Source: Aplysia californica
Taxonomy: Eukaryota
Assembly: GCF_000002075.1 (NCBI RefSeq)
Contig: NW_004797280.1
Span: forward strand, 2,508,002-2,572,001
Length of the DNA: 64,000 nucleotides
Direction: 5' to 3'
Both the position numbers and the translations under genes were made by a program. Below the pieces are notes generated by a model. That model searched no databases and was not told the DNA's origin. It worked only from the letters and a program-made list of their open reading frames with translations. Below are positions 37,137-49,858 of this stretch, piece by piece. Position 1 is the stretch's first letter; each line of letters begins with the position of its first letter.

Positions 37137-40100
37137 CCTCTCCCTCTCCCCCTCTCTCTCTCTCTCTCTTACTTTTTACACATTGTTAACGAGCCTTTGT
37201 CCCTGCTATAACCATTTGGGCTCTGATGAAGCCCTGTTATTGCCGATAACTTTTAATAGAGTAAGAAAAAATGTGGATTTTAAAAATTCCTTTTGTTACC
37301 GGATCCCTGTTCTTACCGGGCCTGTTATATATGGTTTCCACTGAATGTTTCTCATATATTTCTCTTTCTAGGGAAACTTCGATCACTTGGAGTCTCCAAT
37401 TATTTGCAACATCATTTGGAAGAACTGTTGGAGTATTGCACTGTGAAACCATCTGTCCTTCAAGTGAGACTGCCCATTGAACTGATTGAGAAGTCCTTGA
37501 GTTTTAAAACTACAGTCGAACCTGCCTTAACGGAAACCTGTATAAAACGGAAACCTGTCTTAACGGAATCTCCCCGCTCCCCCCTTGATATATTCCTCTT
37601 TAATTATCTGTATAAAACAGAAACCTGTCCAACGCTGAAACGGAAAGAAAAATCCGCTCCCTTCTGAGGGTTTCACATGTCTAAGACGGAAAATGCTTTG
37701 GCCGCTCAGCCCTGAGTTGAAACCAAGGAGATTAAAAATAAATTCTAAACTCCTTGGTTGAAACAAAACTCGCAAGTTTAGTTCCACTGGCTGTAAACTT
37801 AACGCAATGGCCATGCCGCTGGGCGAGGAAGGGGAGTAGGGGTGCAATTCGGGGGTAGATGTTACACCATCATGTGAGCCCTGAGTGATGCAGATGGTCA
37901 GTGTAGTGTGGGTGTGAAATTTCACGACTGACCGTGAGAGTTCTCGAGTAGCGAGCCACTACGGAAACTTTCCTGGGTAGCCAGAAGCCAGAGGTGTGAA
38001 ATTAGATTGACCAATGCCAGCCGAGGAAAGAGTTCCTCGAATCGTTGTTACAGTGATGGCAGTGAGGGGTGGTCCTGGTGGGTGGGGCTAAGGGTGGAAG
38101 CAAAGGAAATGGTCAAACGTTTCTGTTTTTAATAGGTCAAACAATGGTCCTATGAAAGGCAAGCACTGGTGGTAATTGGATAAGTAAGACTGACGCATGT
38201 CATTATCAGACAGGATAGCAGTTAAGAGGTGTGAAGTTTTGACCACTGCTTGCCGATCGGACAAGCGATCCTTGATCCCACCGGCTGGGCCTTTGAACCC
38301 CCCCCCCCCCCCCTAAATTCCCCTTTCTAAGACGGAATTTTTTCCCCGCTCCCTTGCGATTCCGTCTTACGCAGGTTCGACTGTATTGACTACGGTGAAA
38401 TATAGTAACCAATATATTGTAGTGTATTCTTACTTTTTTTATTTTTGTCTTGGCTCAGTTTACATGTTAGGAAACTGTTGCAAAGAGCATCCTTTCATAT
38501 GATGAATTTGAAATCCTTGCCTCTCTCTCAAATGCAGGACAAGTACTACCCTTTTCAAGGGATGAAGATCTGATTTTTCCTGTCTTTTGTGTCAGGAAAC
38601 TTTTTTTCCCCCTTTTTTCGCTACCTGGGGGGGTTTTTTTTTTTTTTGTTTGTTTAAAGAAGAAGAGTTCCTTCAAAAAGCAGGACACTACTTCCTGACA
38701 GTATTTTACTTTCTTCTAGGGTGTAATTTTTTGGCAGTTTACAAGTTCATGAACTGGGCTGAAAGTACTATTATTAGTATTAAGGCCTCGATTACGCTCG
38801 AAGGATGTGTAGTTACTCTATTCAACACTTTCTTATCAGTTTTGCCATTTGTACTGTATATATGAATGCCTAGTTTCCTCTATCTTTTGGTGCTGATAAT
38901 AGGAGGTAAAATAAATTTCTGTCAATGATATCCAGAATGTTATCAGGAAAGAAAAGAAACATGTTTTACTTTAGCCTGCTATTTATTTGTTATTGTTTCA
39001 GATTGAGTATCATCCTCATCTTGTACAGAAAAGTTTGAAAAAGTTTTGTGATGACCACAGCATTCATTTGCAAGCATATTCCTCTCTTGGAACATCTGCT
39101 TCTGAAAACAAGGTAACATTGAGATTGTTTTTTTCTTTTGCAATGATTCATTTATTCATATCAATGATAGTACATAACAAGATGGGCGACTTCTCTCTTT
39201 GAGCCAATGAAAAAAGTGTCCTCAAAATTTGGTGGCGCCCTCTTTGTGAACAGAGTTACCCTACTTGAGTTTTAAAAAATCAAAGTGAAACTAGCAAGTT
39301 TTGGGATAAATTTCGGAAGAACGCTTTTTTTAAATGGTTACGCTGACAAAAAACCTCTTCCGGAGGAAAGGGTGATGGTTTTCTTCGTTTAATTTGACTT
39401 TAGAATGAAAGGCGAGAGGTCATTAAAATTTTTAAAAACCTAAAACTTAGTAAAACTCCGCACTGAACGTACCCGAACTGCTGATGAACAGCAGTCGATC
39501 TGCGCACGCAAGGAGGTGCCATTCCTATTCTTCTTCTGGAAAAACGAAAGAGAGCTTCAAAACAGAAGCGCCATCTGAAGCAAAGAGCATACTTCCAACG
39601 TACACTTTTTTGGCTGAGTGGCCCATCTTGTTATTTACTATCTTTGTTCATATCCAAAGTAATGAAACTGGCTCTGCACCTCAGCATTTTGCAGCCAGTC
39701 TATGGAAATTTTGATTGATGAAATGTAACTATAGCCATGTTTATTGCCACATTAGACATTTCATACATATTTCTTGGGGGGGGTGGTGTTCTGTTTCTGT
39801 TGTAATGGGCCAGAGACCAGGAATACATATGATTATGGGTACTGCTAAATGAACAAACTTTTTTGCTATATAATAGATAGCACGATGGGCAAAAAGCTGT
39901 GATTTAGTCAAGTGATGGTTTCTCAGCTTCCAGGCTTTTTCAAAAACCATATTTGAATGTACTTTTTTTTTTTCTTTCTCCATTTAGCTTATTTCAGATC
40001 CTGTTGTTGTGGATATTGCTATGAAGTGTGAAAAATCTCCGGCTCAAATTCTTCTGAGATGGGCTGTTCAGCAAGACATAGGTAAAATCCTGTTCAGCTT

Positions 40101-42050
40101 ATTTATAATGTAAATATCCTGCAGCTTTTTCCAATGTAGCATTTATGTCATAAAAATGTTTCAATCAGTGAATCACAGTAGGTGACTCGGAGAGCTATAA
40201 AGAATTCCAAGAGCAACTTCGTTTACACTTTGCTTCTGTAAATGTTTTCATACGTTAATATTATTTTATATGATTTTGTAATATATTTTTTTGTGTGCAA
40301 TCTCTTGTACCAACGGTCACTTTTTACTTTCTCCTTTATGTTTTTTTCTAAATCATAATGACAGTGGGTGGCTCTTTTGGACAATTTTGACTGTACAAGT
40401 GAACCTACTCCTGCTCTAACTACCACCTGTTCAAGACAAGTAGATGAGTGGTTGTCTTGTACAGGACAGGCTCGCATGTATATATATGTGTGTGTGTGTC
40501 ACGATACAGTGGAATCAGGCGCTTGTCAATTTTTGGGTATATAGAATTATTGGTATAATCTTAACCGTTTCGCACTTACAGCGCCCGTATGCGCCCGCGC
40601 CGGTGACCCCCGCTCATCCCTATAGCGCCCAAATGCGCCCGCCACGGGGGTGTTTGTTTCATTGCCGCGGGAGGCTTCTACTTTTTCTATCATCAGAAGT
40701 TTCACTTAGCTATCTTTATAGAGGAAGAGTTCCGGTTTACTATAGTGTTTTTCTTGTTTTGCTAGCACAAAGAGGCACTTTTTGAGCGGGAACAAAAGTC
40801 GGAGGAGATTTTAGTTGTAAACACGCCATCATGTCTGTAGGATGCATGGTCACAAAGCTGCCCGATATGAGTACGGCAGAAACAAAATAAAAACACTCAA
40901 AGAAAAGTCTTTCAGGTGCTTTCAAGTTTCCACCAGAGGCTTCAATCTCTGTGAATGTGTTGTATTTCTTTTGTGTGGATTACCTCTTTGTCAGTAGCAG
41001 AAACTTCGTGAGTTGAAGAAATGTATACAAGAATCCAAGACACGCATCTCAGAAAGACCTCTCATATCATTTCATACTCTTCTATTCCACTTATAATTTT
41101 GTACTAGTAATTTAGCTCATTCATTTTCCTTTCAGAGAATACTATTTTCATCATTTTTGGTTGTGTTTGTGATTTTATACAATTTTTTTAGTAAGGTACC
41201 CCTTCAATTTTCGTGGAGTTATTGTCCTTGTCTTAAGGATGGGGGGCCACAGCTGGCCAAGCCTGCTAAGTGCGAAAGGGTTAAATTCTGTTCATTTGCC
41301 TTTCTTTTGATGAAAAAAATACCCATCTGTCTTGAACAGAAGTGGAGATATTTGCTATTGAAGGAGGTGAAGGTCACCTTGTATCAGAGATAAAGTTAAT
41401 GAAAAGATGGCCTCCAAAGTTTGGTGATATCCATAGCTTGAAGGTCCTTTGAAGCTACAAATCTATATTTTACTGTGCTTTTGATCAAAGTTTTTTCTGT
41501 AAATCCACACAGAAATGTGTTTATAGAGGGACATAAAAAGGAAATCGATAAAAATTGCCCAACGAGCAAAAAAATGTCAATGTAGAGAATTAGACATTTG
41601 ACTATGCAAATGTATTTTTTTACTCGGCTGCAGGGAGCGACACATTCATCACAGTATGAAAGTAGGTAGTATTGATGCGTTTGCCTGATTTTTTTCAACT
41701 ATCGTTCTGTTGAGGTACATATATTTCGTATGTTTATGAAAATGTTTAATGTGTCCTGCGCGCTCATATGACCTTATGCAGTTGCAAGCGCCGTAAAACT
41801 CTTACAAAAAAAAGCCAAACAACCCAGGTTTGTTTAACATTGTCCCATTCTTTCCACTTCTTTTCCCTCTGAATCTGAATATATATATTTTCTTATGTCC
41901 CCAGGTGTTTTGCCGAAGTCCACAAATCCTGCACACATAGTAGAGAACATGGATATATTTTCTTTCTCCTTGTCCACTGAGCAGCTTCAGGCCTTGTCCA
42001 ATTTGGATCAACAAATGCACTATTGTTGGGACCCTGTCCATATTGCTTGA
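29762..42050 (+). CDS. Aldo-keto reductase (YtbE/glyoxal reductase-like), 8 exons, 290 aa
   Basis: Exons 29762-29813, 33503-33583, 35207-35314, 35958-36146, 37372-37463, 39002-39112, 39988-40081, 41905-42050 (873 nt, GT-AG, in phase). Motifs [75 protein letters not shown]. Catalytic tetrad D-Y-K-H intact. AATAAA at 42968-42973. Confidence 0.93.
29886..30116. mobile_element. Foldback (long-TIR) non-autonomous element with 9-bp TSD, probably Mutator superfamily
   Basis: Termini CGCAGTGGCTACGTTCACGG / CCGTGAACGTAGCCACTGCG. Identical TAATTTTAA at 29877-29885 and 30117-30125. Arms are made of 34-bp units. Confidence 0.8.
30769..31648 (-). mobile_element. Tigger family A copy nested inside a family B element
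   Basis: Reverse-complement homologue of 16030-16808, TA on both sides, contains N gap 31337-31495. Confidence 0.9.
31337..31495. other. Assembly gap (N run)
   Basis: 159 N inside a Tigger family A copy. Confidence 1.
34642..34813. mobile_element. Short Tigger-like MITE
   Basis: TA-CAGTGGAGTCTGCTAAACC...GGTTAAAGCAGACTCCATTG-TA. Confidence 0.75.
36767..37343 (-). mobile_element. Tigger family A internally deleted copy
   Basis: Same TIRs and subterminal sequence as 16030-16808, lacks the HTH segment, expanded (CT)n. Confidence 0.85.
37513..38383. mobile_element. Tigger-like MITE
   Basis: TA-CAGTCGAACCTGCCTTAACGGAA...TTCCGTCTTACGCAGGTTCGACTG-TA; subterminal ACGGAA repeats. Confidence 0.85.
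40565..41280. mobile_element. piggyBac-like MITE nested in an older repeat
   Basis: TTAA-CCGTTTCGCACTTA...TAAGTGCGAAAGGG-TTAA. Flanks rejoin to match the uninterrupted repeat at about 45555-45595. Confidence 0.85.
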
Positions 42051-43763
42051 GGATACAGTTCGCCCTGTTCTGACAAGTTCAGTTTTGACTGTAAAATCCA
42101 TGTCATACCTCGTGGCTCATTATGCCATAAAAAAGGGAAAGAAACAAAAAGTGACAATAGATAGAGAAGATTATACAGTGACAATGCTGGTCATAACCTT
42201 GCTATTATTGAAGATTTTGACTGGATACAATGCTGGGTATATGAAAGGACACAGGGCTGAGAGGAAATATTCCAGGAAGAAAAAAACCAAACTATTCAGA
42301 TTCTACTTGGATTTGAATCTTGAAGTTTTCACTTGGCAGAGCAAGTTTGTAACCTTTGAAGACACCATAATCAGTAAATCCTAACCAAAGAAAGGTAGGT
42401 ATGACTCATGACGGACTCTTCATACCAACAGTGCTCTATAGAGATGGACGGTCACACTATACTTTTTTTTTTTTAAGTAGAGGTTTTACGGCGCTCGCAG
42501 CTGCATAACGTGATATGAATGCCAAGCACTATACTTTGTGAGCTAGTATAAAGGCATACTCTTATCTATCTACTCCAAATTACTCTGGTAATTCTAGTAT
42601 TTATTTTTTGCGAAAAAAAAATACACAAAGTATTCTTAGGGGACATAGATAATTTTTTGCTTGTCCCAGTGCTGGCAGTATTAGCAGTCATCTAACATGA
42701 GATCCGTCTGTATGGTCGTAGTACTCGCAGTGGTCTGAACAATGAAGAGTATTCTGACACAAGGACATTTATTAAGACATTGATTTAAGCAAGAAGTATC
42801 ATGAGGTGACACTGCAGTACCTACTTGAGAAATGTTTTAGCTCAAAGAGCACGGCATTGTGGCACACAAAAAGGGCATTTGAAAATGTTTGCACCAAATG
42901 TTTTTCATGTCTTCTTCTGTACCATTATTTACATGTATGTTAAGTACACCGCTGTGACTGTATGACAAATAAAGGGATTTTACTGCAGTCTGGAAGTGTT
43001 TTCTCGTAGTGCATGTTATAAAGTTATTTGTTATTTGTTATTGACCTTTGCCATTCCTAGTGTCCCAGTCTCACTATACCAATGAGGAAGGGGCTTTCCA
43101 GTAAAAAACCATTTTGAAAGGTTTCAATTCAGCTTTGATTTCCCCTTCTCCCTTTCTTTCTTTTATCATAAAACATTTTCCTTGGGTTATTTTTGTAAGA
43201 TGACTCTGGACCCTGGATGTCTATCAGTGTAGCTACTGATTTTTAACGGGAGGAGCAACCCCTGAGGATCATTTTCTATGTTTGTTGCCCGAGATCAAAT
43301 CTAAGCACACATATAAGTTAGGCATAGGAAAATCTCTTGAAACGCAATTTTATTTTGGTACATCTACAGTGATTGCTATGGAAATGGCCGCCATCTTGAA
43401 AATAAACAATGAATTTCAAATCCCTAAGGCTTTCATATTTACTGACCAAATATGGTGAGAGTATACCTGAATCAGACACTATCAGCGTAACAGTGAGTTT
43501 TTTTCAATTAGTGCAAAAGAAAGAAAAAAAGAGAATTTTCCCTCTATGCGTGAAAAACCTTTTCTAAAAAAGTAAATTTAGGTTGCGTAATCGCTTGCCA
43601 ATGGAAAAGTGCTATTTTTTTCGTAAATATCTCCCCGTTACATTGATGGCAGCCATCAATGTTTCCAGAACGTTCCATGTGAAAAGGATGATAACTAAGG
43701 AAGGAGTAGGGAAAAACTGCCAGAAAATGACATTTTGAGAAAAACAATTGAGAAAATTCACTA

Positions 43764-44375
43764 TGTGTGTGCGCCTAGAGAAAGGTACCAAAAGTCGCCC
43801 CAGAATGTTTCAAGCGACAGGCTGATAATTACAAAAATCACTTTTTTGACCAAAATGTGTTTCCATGAAAAAAAAAGATAGATCCGCCATATTTTTACCA
43901 TGTGCTCAAAGGGTTTTCATTGATTTGACTTCTAAATATTTTATTTTGAATTATTTTGAGGGTAGGGGGTACAAAAACAAATAATGAAAACTGCTTTTGA
44001 AAGGTGTTAAATCTACTCTTGAAGCACATTTTCTCTTCCCTGCTATGTTTTACCATTGAATTCCATTCAGGATATTGATGTCAACTGAATGCCAAATTGG
44101 AAATGAATTTTCCATGAATAAATATACATTTAAAAAATCGTTTTTCTTAAGTTTGTATGTGTTCTCACGTTTGTTAAACTAAAAAGCTCATTTTCTCAAA
44201 ATTATATTTTATACCCTACCTTGCAAAATATGCATCTCAAAAACTACTTGAGATATATCTAAAAAATTCAAAGACCCCTGTGTTCAGCATTGCATTTCCT
44301 ATAATGTACAACCATTAAGTCAACATTGTCAAAATCTGACTTTTGGTAGGCTACCTTTCTTTAGGCACACACACA
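43764..44375. mobile_element. Unclassified TIR element
   Basis: TGTGTGTGCGCCTAGAGAAAGGTA ... TACCTTTCTTTAGGCACACACACA imperfect inverted termini. Confidence 0.5.
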
Positions 44376-44669
44376 TATTTTAACCCACTCTCATGTTTTC
44401 AAAAGCAGTTTACGAAGAGAATAAAGACTCTCAATTGTCTCCTTGCTATTTTTAGACAAAGAACAGGTTGATCTTCAAAAATCAGCCAACATCTCAGTTT
44501 GCATAGCTTGTCCCAAAATTGACCAAACTTAAGTTTTTATTGTAAATACTTTTATGCCTCACGTCATAAGCAAATAATACAGTGGAACTTGGATTCTACG
44601 AATTTGGCCCCGTTTTTTTAATCCATAAAAATCAATAAAAATAACTCAGATTCAAAGAACACATAACGA

Positions 44670-44917
44670 TCTTACCTACCCTATGATCAGGGATGAGACT
44701 GAAAGACAGCAGTAAGATTAGTAAGCGAGAGTCAGGAGCAAGGGAGAGGAGAGGGGGCTGGGTGGAGTAACAGGATGGAGAACAGGACAGGACTAGAGAA
44801 GGGAAAAGAGGACAGAACATTTTAGAGAAGAAAATGTTTCCTTTGCTATCAGGTTTCGAATCCCGGACCTTTCAACTAGGAGGCAAACACCTTACCTCTT
44901 GACCATGAGAACCCCCT
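44670..44917 (-). mobile_element. tRNA-headed SINE family 3
   Basis: Minus strand GGGGGTTCTCATGGTCAAGAGGTAAGGTGTTTGCCTCC...GGATTCGAAACCTG; homologous to 14510-14795. Confidence 0.6.
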
Positions 44918-45509
44918 GCAAACTTTGCTCAATCTAAAGATTTTAACACACAAGGCACTCTGGGTAGAAGAAGTGGAAAAATTAACACATAATACCAAGA
45001 TAAACTTTCTTTTATAAATTATTTATTTTTTTAATTCTGTTTTCTTACAACCACACTAGGGTTTGTTGTAAAATAATATTGGCAAACAAGGTTGAATGCA
45101 GCATATGACCACAAGAATTGGAAATGTCCACAGCGGAATAAAAAAAAAAGACAAACAAAATTAACAGGAACAAAACAAATAAAGCAGGGTGTCTGGCACA
45201 TATCATGCACTTATGAAATGTCACATGAATCATAACTTAGGAAGCATGCCCACTGCACAGGGATAAGTATGATAACTGAATTTTTCAGATGCTTCAAGGA
45301 AATGGGTATGCTGAAATCTGCAGAGATCTCCACTGGACATTTATAAGACAAGGGACAGGTGGTGAATACAGTCATTCACTGAATCAGAATATTGTGAAGT
45401 TAGACATTACAACTGTTATTTGTAAAAGTTCCTTATATTCACCTTTAATGAATAACAAATTAATTGAAGAGCAAAAAAAACAACTGATAATACGAAAAGA
45501 TGACATATG

Positions 45510-45971
45510 TCATGACACGGTGGAATCAGGTGCTCGTCAATTTATGGGCATATAGAGTATTGGTATCATTTTAAAGCTTGTTCATTTGTCTTGTGTTCTG
45601 TTAAAAAAACACTCATCTATCATGAATACACATCGAAATATTTGCGATTGAAAGAGGTGGGGCGTTGCCTGGTTTCAGGGGTAAAATAAGCGGGAAAATG
45701 GCCGCCAAAGTTTGTCGACTTCCAAAGCTTGAGAGTCCTTGAAAACTGCAAATTTACATTTGTGTGCCTTAAATCGATATATTTCAGTAAAATCCACACA
45801 GAAATATGTTTTTAAATAAAAATCCACACAGAAATATGTTTTTAAACTGGCCTTAAAGGTGTTGAGTCTAAAAACAAAAATTTCATTAAAATTGCCAAAC
45901 GGACAGGAAAATGCCAGTTTCTTCGATTTCATTATTTTGATGAGCACCTGATTTCACCACGATGCCTCGCA
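45510..45971. mobile_element. Unclassified TIR element (GGTGGAATCAGG family)
   Basis: CGGTGGAATCAGGTGCTCGTCAA ... TTGATGAGCACCTGATTTCACCACGATGCCTCGC. Homologous pieces at about 26670-27013 and at 40497-40560 plus 41285-41600. Confidence 0.7.
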
Positions 45972-48900
45972 AATATTGTATCCTTGCCACAATGATTACA
46001 CATTATATTTTGTCCAGATTCTGAGTACAAATTCAACTACAGCCCCTTCTCAGTTACAAGGCATCTTGTCAGAGAGGTCCCAGAATTTTCACATTATTTT
46101 CAAAGGTGGAACTTCACTTAGCTCAAGAGGATTTGTTGCATAAATTAGTATTAGTATGCCACTAAAAGTTAAGTACGATAAAAACATATCTTATTGTATT
46201 GATTAAACAAACAGGGATTTTCTACAGTTGATAAATGCCTGTAGCCAACAGAAGCAACCAGACATTTCCCCAATGGGATATGCTAATTCAAAGCAGGGTC
46301 TGGGCATAGTTGCTTCATGCAAACTCAGTGAAAGGGCACCAATTCAGTTTAAAAGGAATGTAAATTTTAAAAAATTGGTCACACTGAGCTCTGATTAACC
46401 TTTTCTTTAGCAGCATGATCAGAGCTGTGAAAAGGATTCCAAAAAAACTTGGCTAACAAGCGCAGAAAAAGTTAAATCCACAAAAATTTAGCTTGTAAAT
46501 TATGAGACAGAAAATTTCACATCTGAGATTAGTTTTTTGGAAAAGCATCACAATAAGCCAAACCAGGAAAGTTAATCATACACATACAGTCCTCAAGTTT
46601 TAACACTGATTTTAACACGCATTGCTAAAGCTGGCCAATACAACCTCCACCTTCCTTTCAAATCTTTTGTTAATGGGATGGAATAGACTGGGTCATTTGA
46701 GAAAAGGTAGTCTATTTTAATCAATGATGTGAACACAAGTAAAGGCAGCTGTCTTGTGAGACACAAGCAAGACAATCCAAACTGGAAGACCAAAAACATA
46801 AATTTGTGTTGATGGCAATCAAAAGGCAAAACAGGGATATCAAAATATAATCTACCAAGGGTAGTATTAGGGTGCAGTATGCGGAAAAAACAACATGAAC
46901 AAATGAACAGAATCCTAAAAGTGGGTGGGTGATAGTAATAACTTCATTTGAAAGCCAATTGCTGTGGACATTAATGGGTGTTGTAACATTTCATTTTTAT
47001 CAACACATCCCAGGACAAAAACTGCAAACCTAACGAGATCACTCAAACTAAAACTTAGAGGATACCAAAGCTAGGCATGCACACACTTCTTACAGAACCA
47101 GAAATTACAGTTATAAGAAAAACATAATAATAATAACAACAATCTCAATTGCACACAATTCCATTAAATGTTGGATAATATTCTTTGACATTTAAGTGGT
47201 TATGTCTTTCAAAATCTCCCTGTAGGTATATAGAAATGAAGGGTTGGCCATGGTTTCGAATCAACCAACAAGAACATACAATTTGCAGTACTGGTATACC
47301 AACTACTTAGCACACAGGCATATCGATGCGTTAAGATAACAAATCAATCTAAAATCACGCAGCTCTTTAATAATTCTTGGGGGCAATTCACTCACAACCC
47401 ATGGGCAATTCATTTTATGTACATGTAAGGAATTTCACTCTCAATTTGAGACCTTTGTTCACTAGTTCTGCCACAGTATACTCACTCATACTTTTACATC
47501 AGTGCAACAAATATGTGGATGACCCTGTATGGAGGACCAACCAATGTATAAAATGTCACTGGGCCACAGTGAGAGAGAGAGAGAACCCAGAGGTATATCA
47601 CGGGGGTGTCTGGGACATGCTGTGATCAGACAGTGCCATTCCCAGAGGCAACTCGAAATGTGATCAGAGAAAGCCAGGAATTTTGTCCAGAAAAGGAAAA
47701 GAGCAGTAAACAAATAAACCAACATACCGTACACTAATGAATCCCACAAAAACCCACATGAAAACCCTGTCAACTCAAACCTCAAACAAACAGGTACAAG
47801 AACACAATGTCTGTGGAAAGAGCTAATTTCTTGCACACTTTTTATACACGACAATACCCACTACCTTGTATCATTGTGCCGATTCAACTTTTTGGCTCGA
47901 TAGCAATTTTAAAAATTCAAGGCACCACCTTTGAAGTTATTCCAAAGCACAAACTCTTAAGACAAGGCATATTCATCATTCACACCCACATCTCATTGGC
48001 ATAATCCTACTAGCTATAAAGTTTTCATCTCTTCAGGGGGGTTTCAACTCATAAACTTTCATCAGACTGCAGGCAAACTTTTTCAGAAAGAACACATGTA
48101 GTGGTACATTCTTCACTTCAAGCAGAACACAATGGGAAGTCGACATTTCCCAACGGCTCAAATATACTGCCACACCAAAAAAAAAAAAATGAGAAGAAAC
48201 CAAACAATTGTCAATCAACAGACAAACAGACAACAACCTTACTTCCAACAACACAGCAAAATGCACAGATACAACAGACCTAATTCAAAACATCTGTAAA
48301 TAACTTCAGGGTACTAACCAAACGAAAATTAGTAAGACTGGGTTAATCCATCTTTGCAAATGACTAAAAGTAGCCATCAAAACCCCAAAAGCATACAACG
48401 TAACTATTTCTTATGCCATTCAGAAACCAAAAGACGCAGATCTGGATTTTAGATTTCTCTTTTAAAGCTAAATCAATGAATGGGCCAAGGTCAAAAGATT
48501 ATAAAAAGAGAGAGGTGCAAACCCCCATCCCTCTCAGTCACAAAAATATAGTTACAGCTGAACAGATGAACTATTGGGAATTAAGTTAACAGAGCCTTAC
48601 AAAACAGCAGCAACTTATTTCATGTAAGTTAGAGATTCTTTATCTTTATCTTTCACTAACATCAAAAACTTATTTCCACTCTTACAACAAAAGATAAAGA
48701 ATGACAAAATGATTTTTTAAAAACAGGACGTTCTCATATTAGTGCTAGGTTGCAAATGCTAGTACCACAGTCAAACAGGCAATCTCCTTAACTCATTGGC
48801 TTTGCCACAAACTTTATATAGCACGCTGGAATTTAACCGAGTTCCGAGAAAAAACAAAAAAATATAACACCAATAAACCACACGATAGAAGCATAAATCA

Positions 48901-49858
48901 TCTCCTATAGAAGTGACAATGGGACTCAGTCAAAGTGTTCCGAGTATTCCATTCCTGCAAACATACACTCTTGACAGACCCTTCTTTCATGGTAACATCT
49001 TTGTACATATTTTCTATAAATTTGTGCCAAAAAACAAATTAGCAAAAAGCCACTTGCGGCCCTTAGTATGCACAAAATAGTACCACTACATATTTGTTCC
49101 TTGCAACTATTACCCCTGTGATATTCCTGTTAACTGATCAACAAGACTTCCAGGGCATGTTTCCTCAAGTTCAAACAAAACTGCAGCGAAAGGTACAGCC
49201 AGTGACAACTACAGATTGGTACAACTTGCTCTGAGATCATAGTTTATGCAGGGAGTCATTGACATGACCACAAAGGTGTCACACACACAAACTCGAACAT
49301 TTGGGAACCAAACGAAAGGAAATCCAAGCGTTAAAATGGGCATAGGTGGGGTGTGACGGGCGAGGGGAGTGGGATGGGGAAAAGACTAGGTCAAGAGTGA
49401 ACACCCGATGTGAATGTGAAAAGTGTGTAGGTGGTACACATCAGAGGAGGGCACTTAGCATGGATCTACACTGTTGTCCTGGACACACACACTCGCACAA
49501 ACCCTCTCTGAGTTACCTTCAACTCTTGACTTTCTCAACCCGTTTTGTTCTGAAACTGAAGCTTCACCATAAGACACCCTGAAAGAACGTGGGATGGCTC
49601 AATGCATGGGTCATAAGGGGAGAGACTATGTTAGTGTTAAATGGGACAAAACTCGTTGGTCAGGATGAAATGGGTTGAGGGCGCTGGGTGCTGTCCCGAG
49701 AGAAGCCTACAAAATCACAGATCACAGCAGAGTGGAGCAGTAGCCAGCACACCCAAGTACTGTTGCCGCCACTACCAGGACACACTCGTACACTCAGGCA
49801 CACACCAGACAGGCAGTAGAGAAAGAGGAGACCAGTAAGATGAATTCTTGGTACACTC

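Noticed and set aside
42048-42170. Selenocysteine or readthrough at the AKR TGA
   Set aside because: The protein ends at the normal family C-terminus (YCWDP...), and no SECIS or readthrough context was recognised.
44845-44917. tRNA gene
   Set aside because: Degenerate cloverleaf; head of a repeat also present at 14720-14795.
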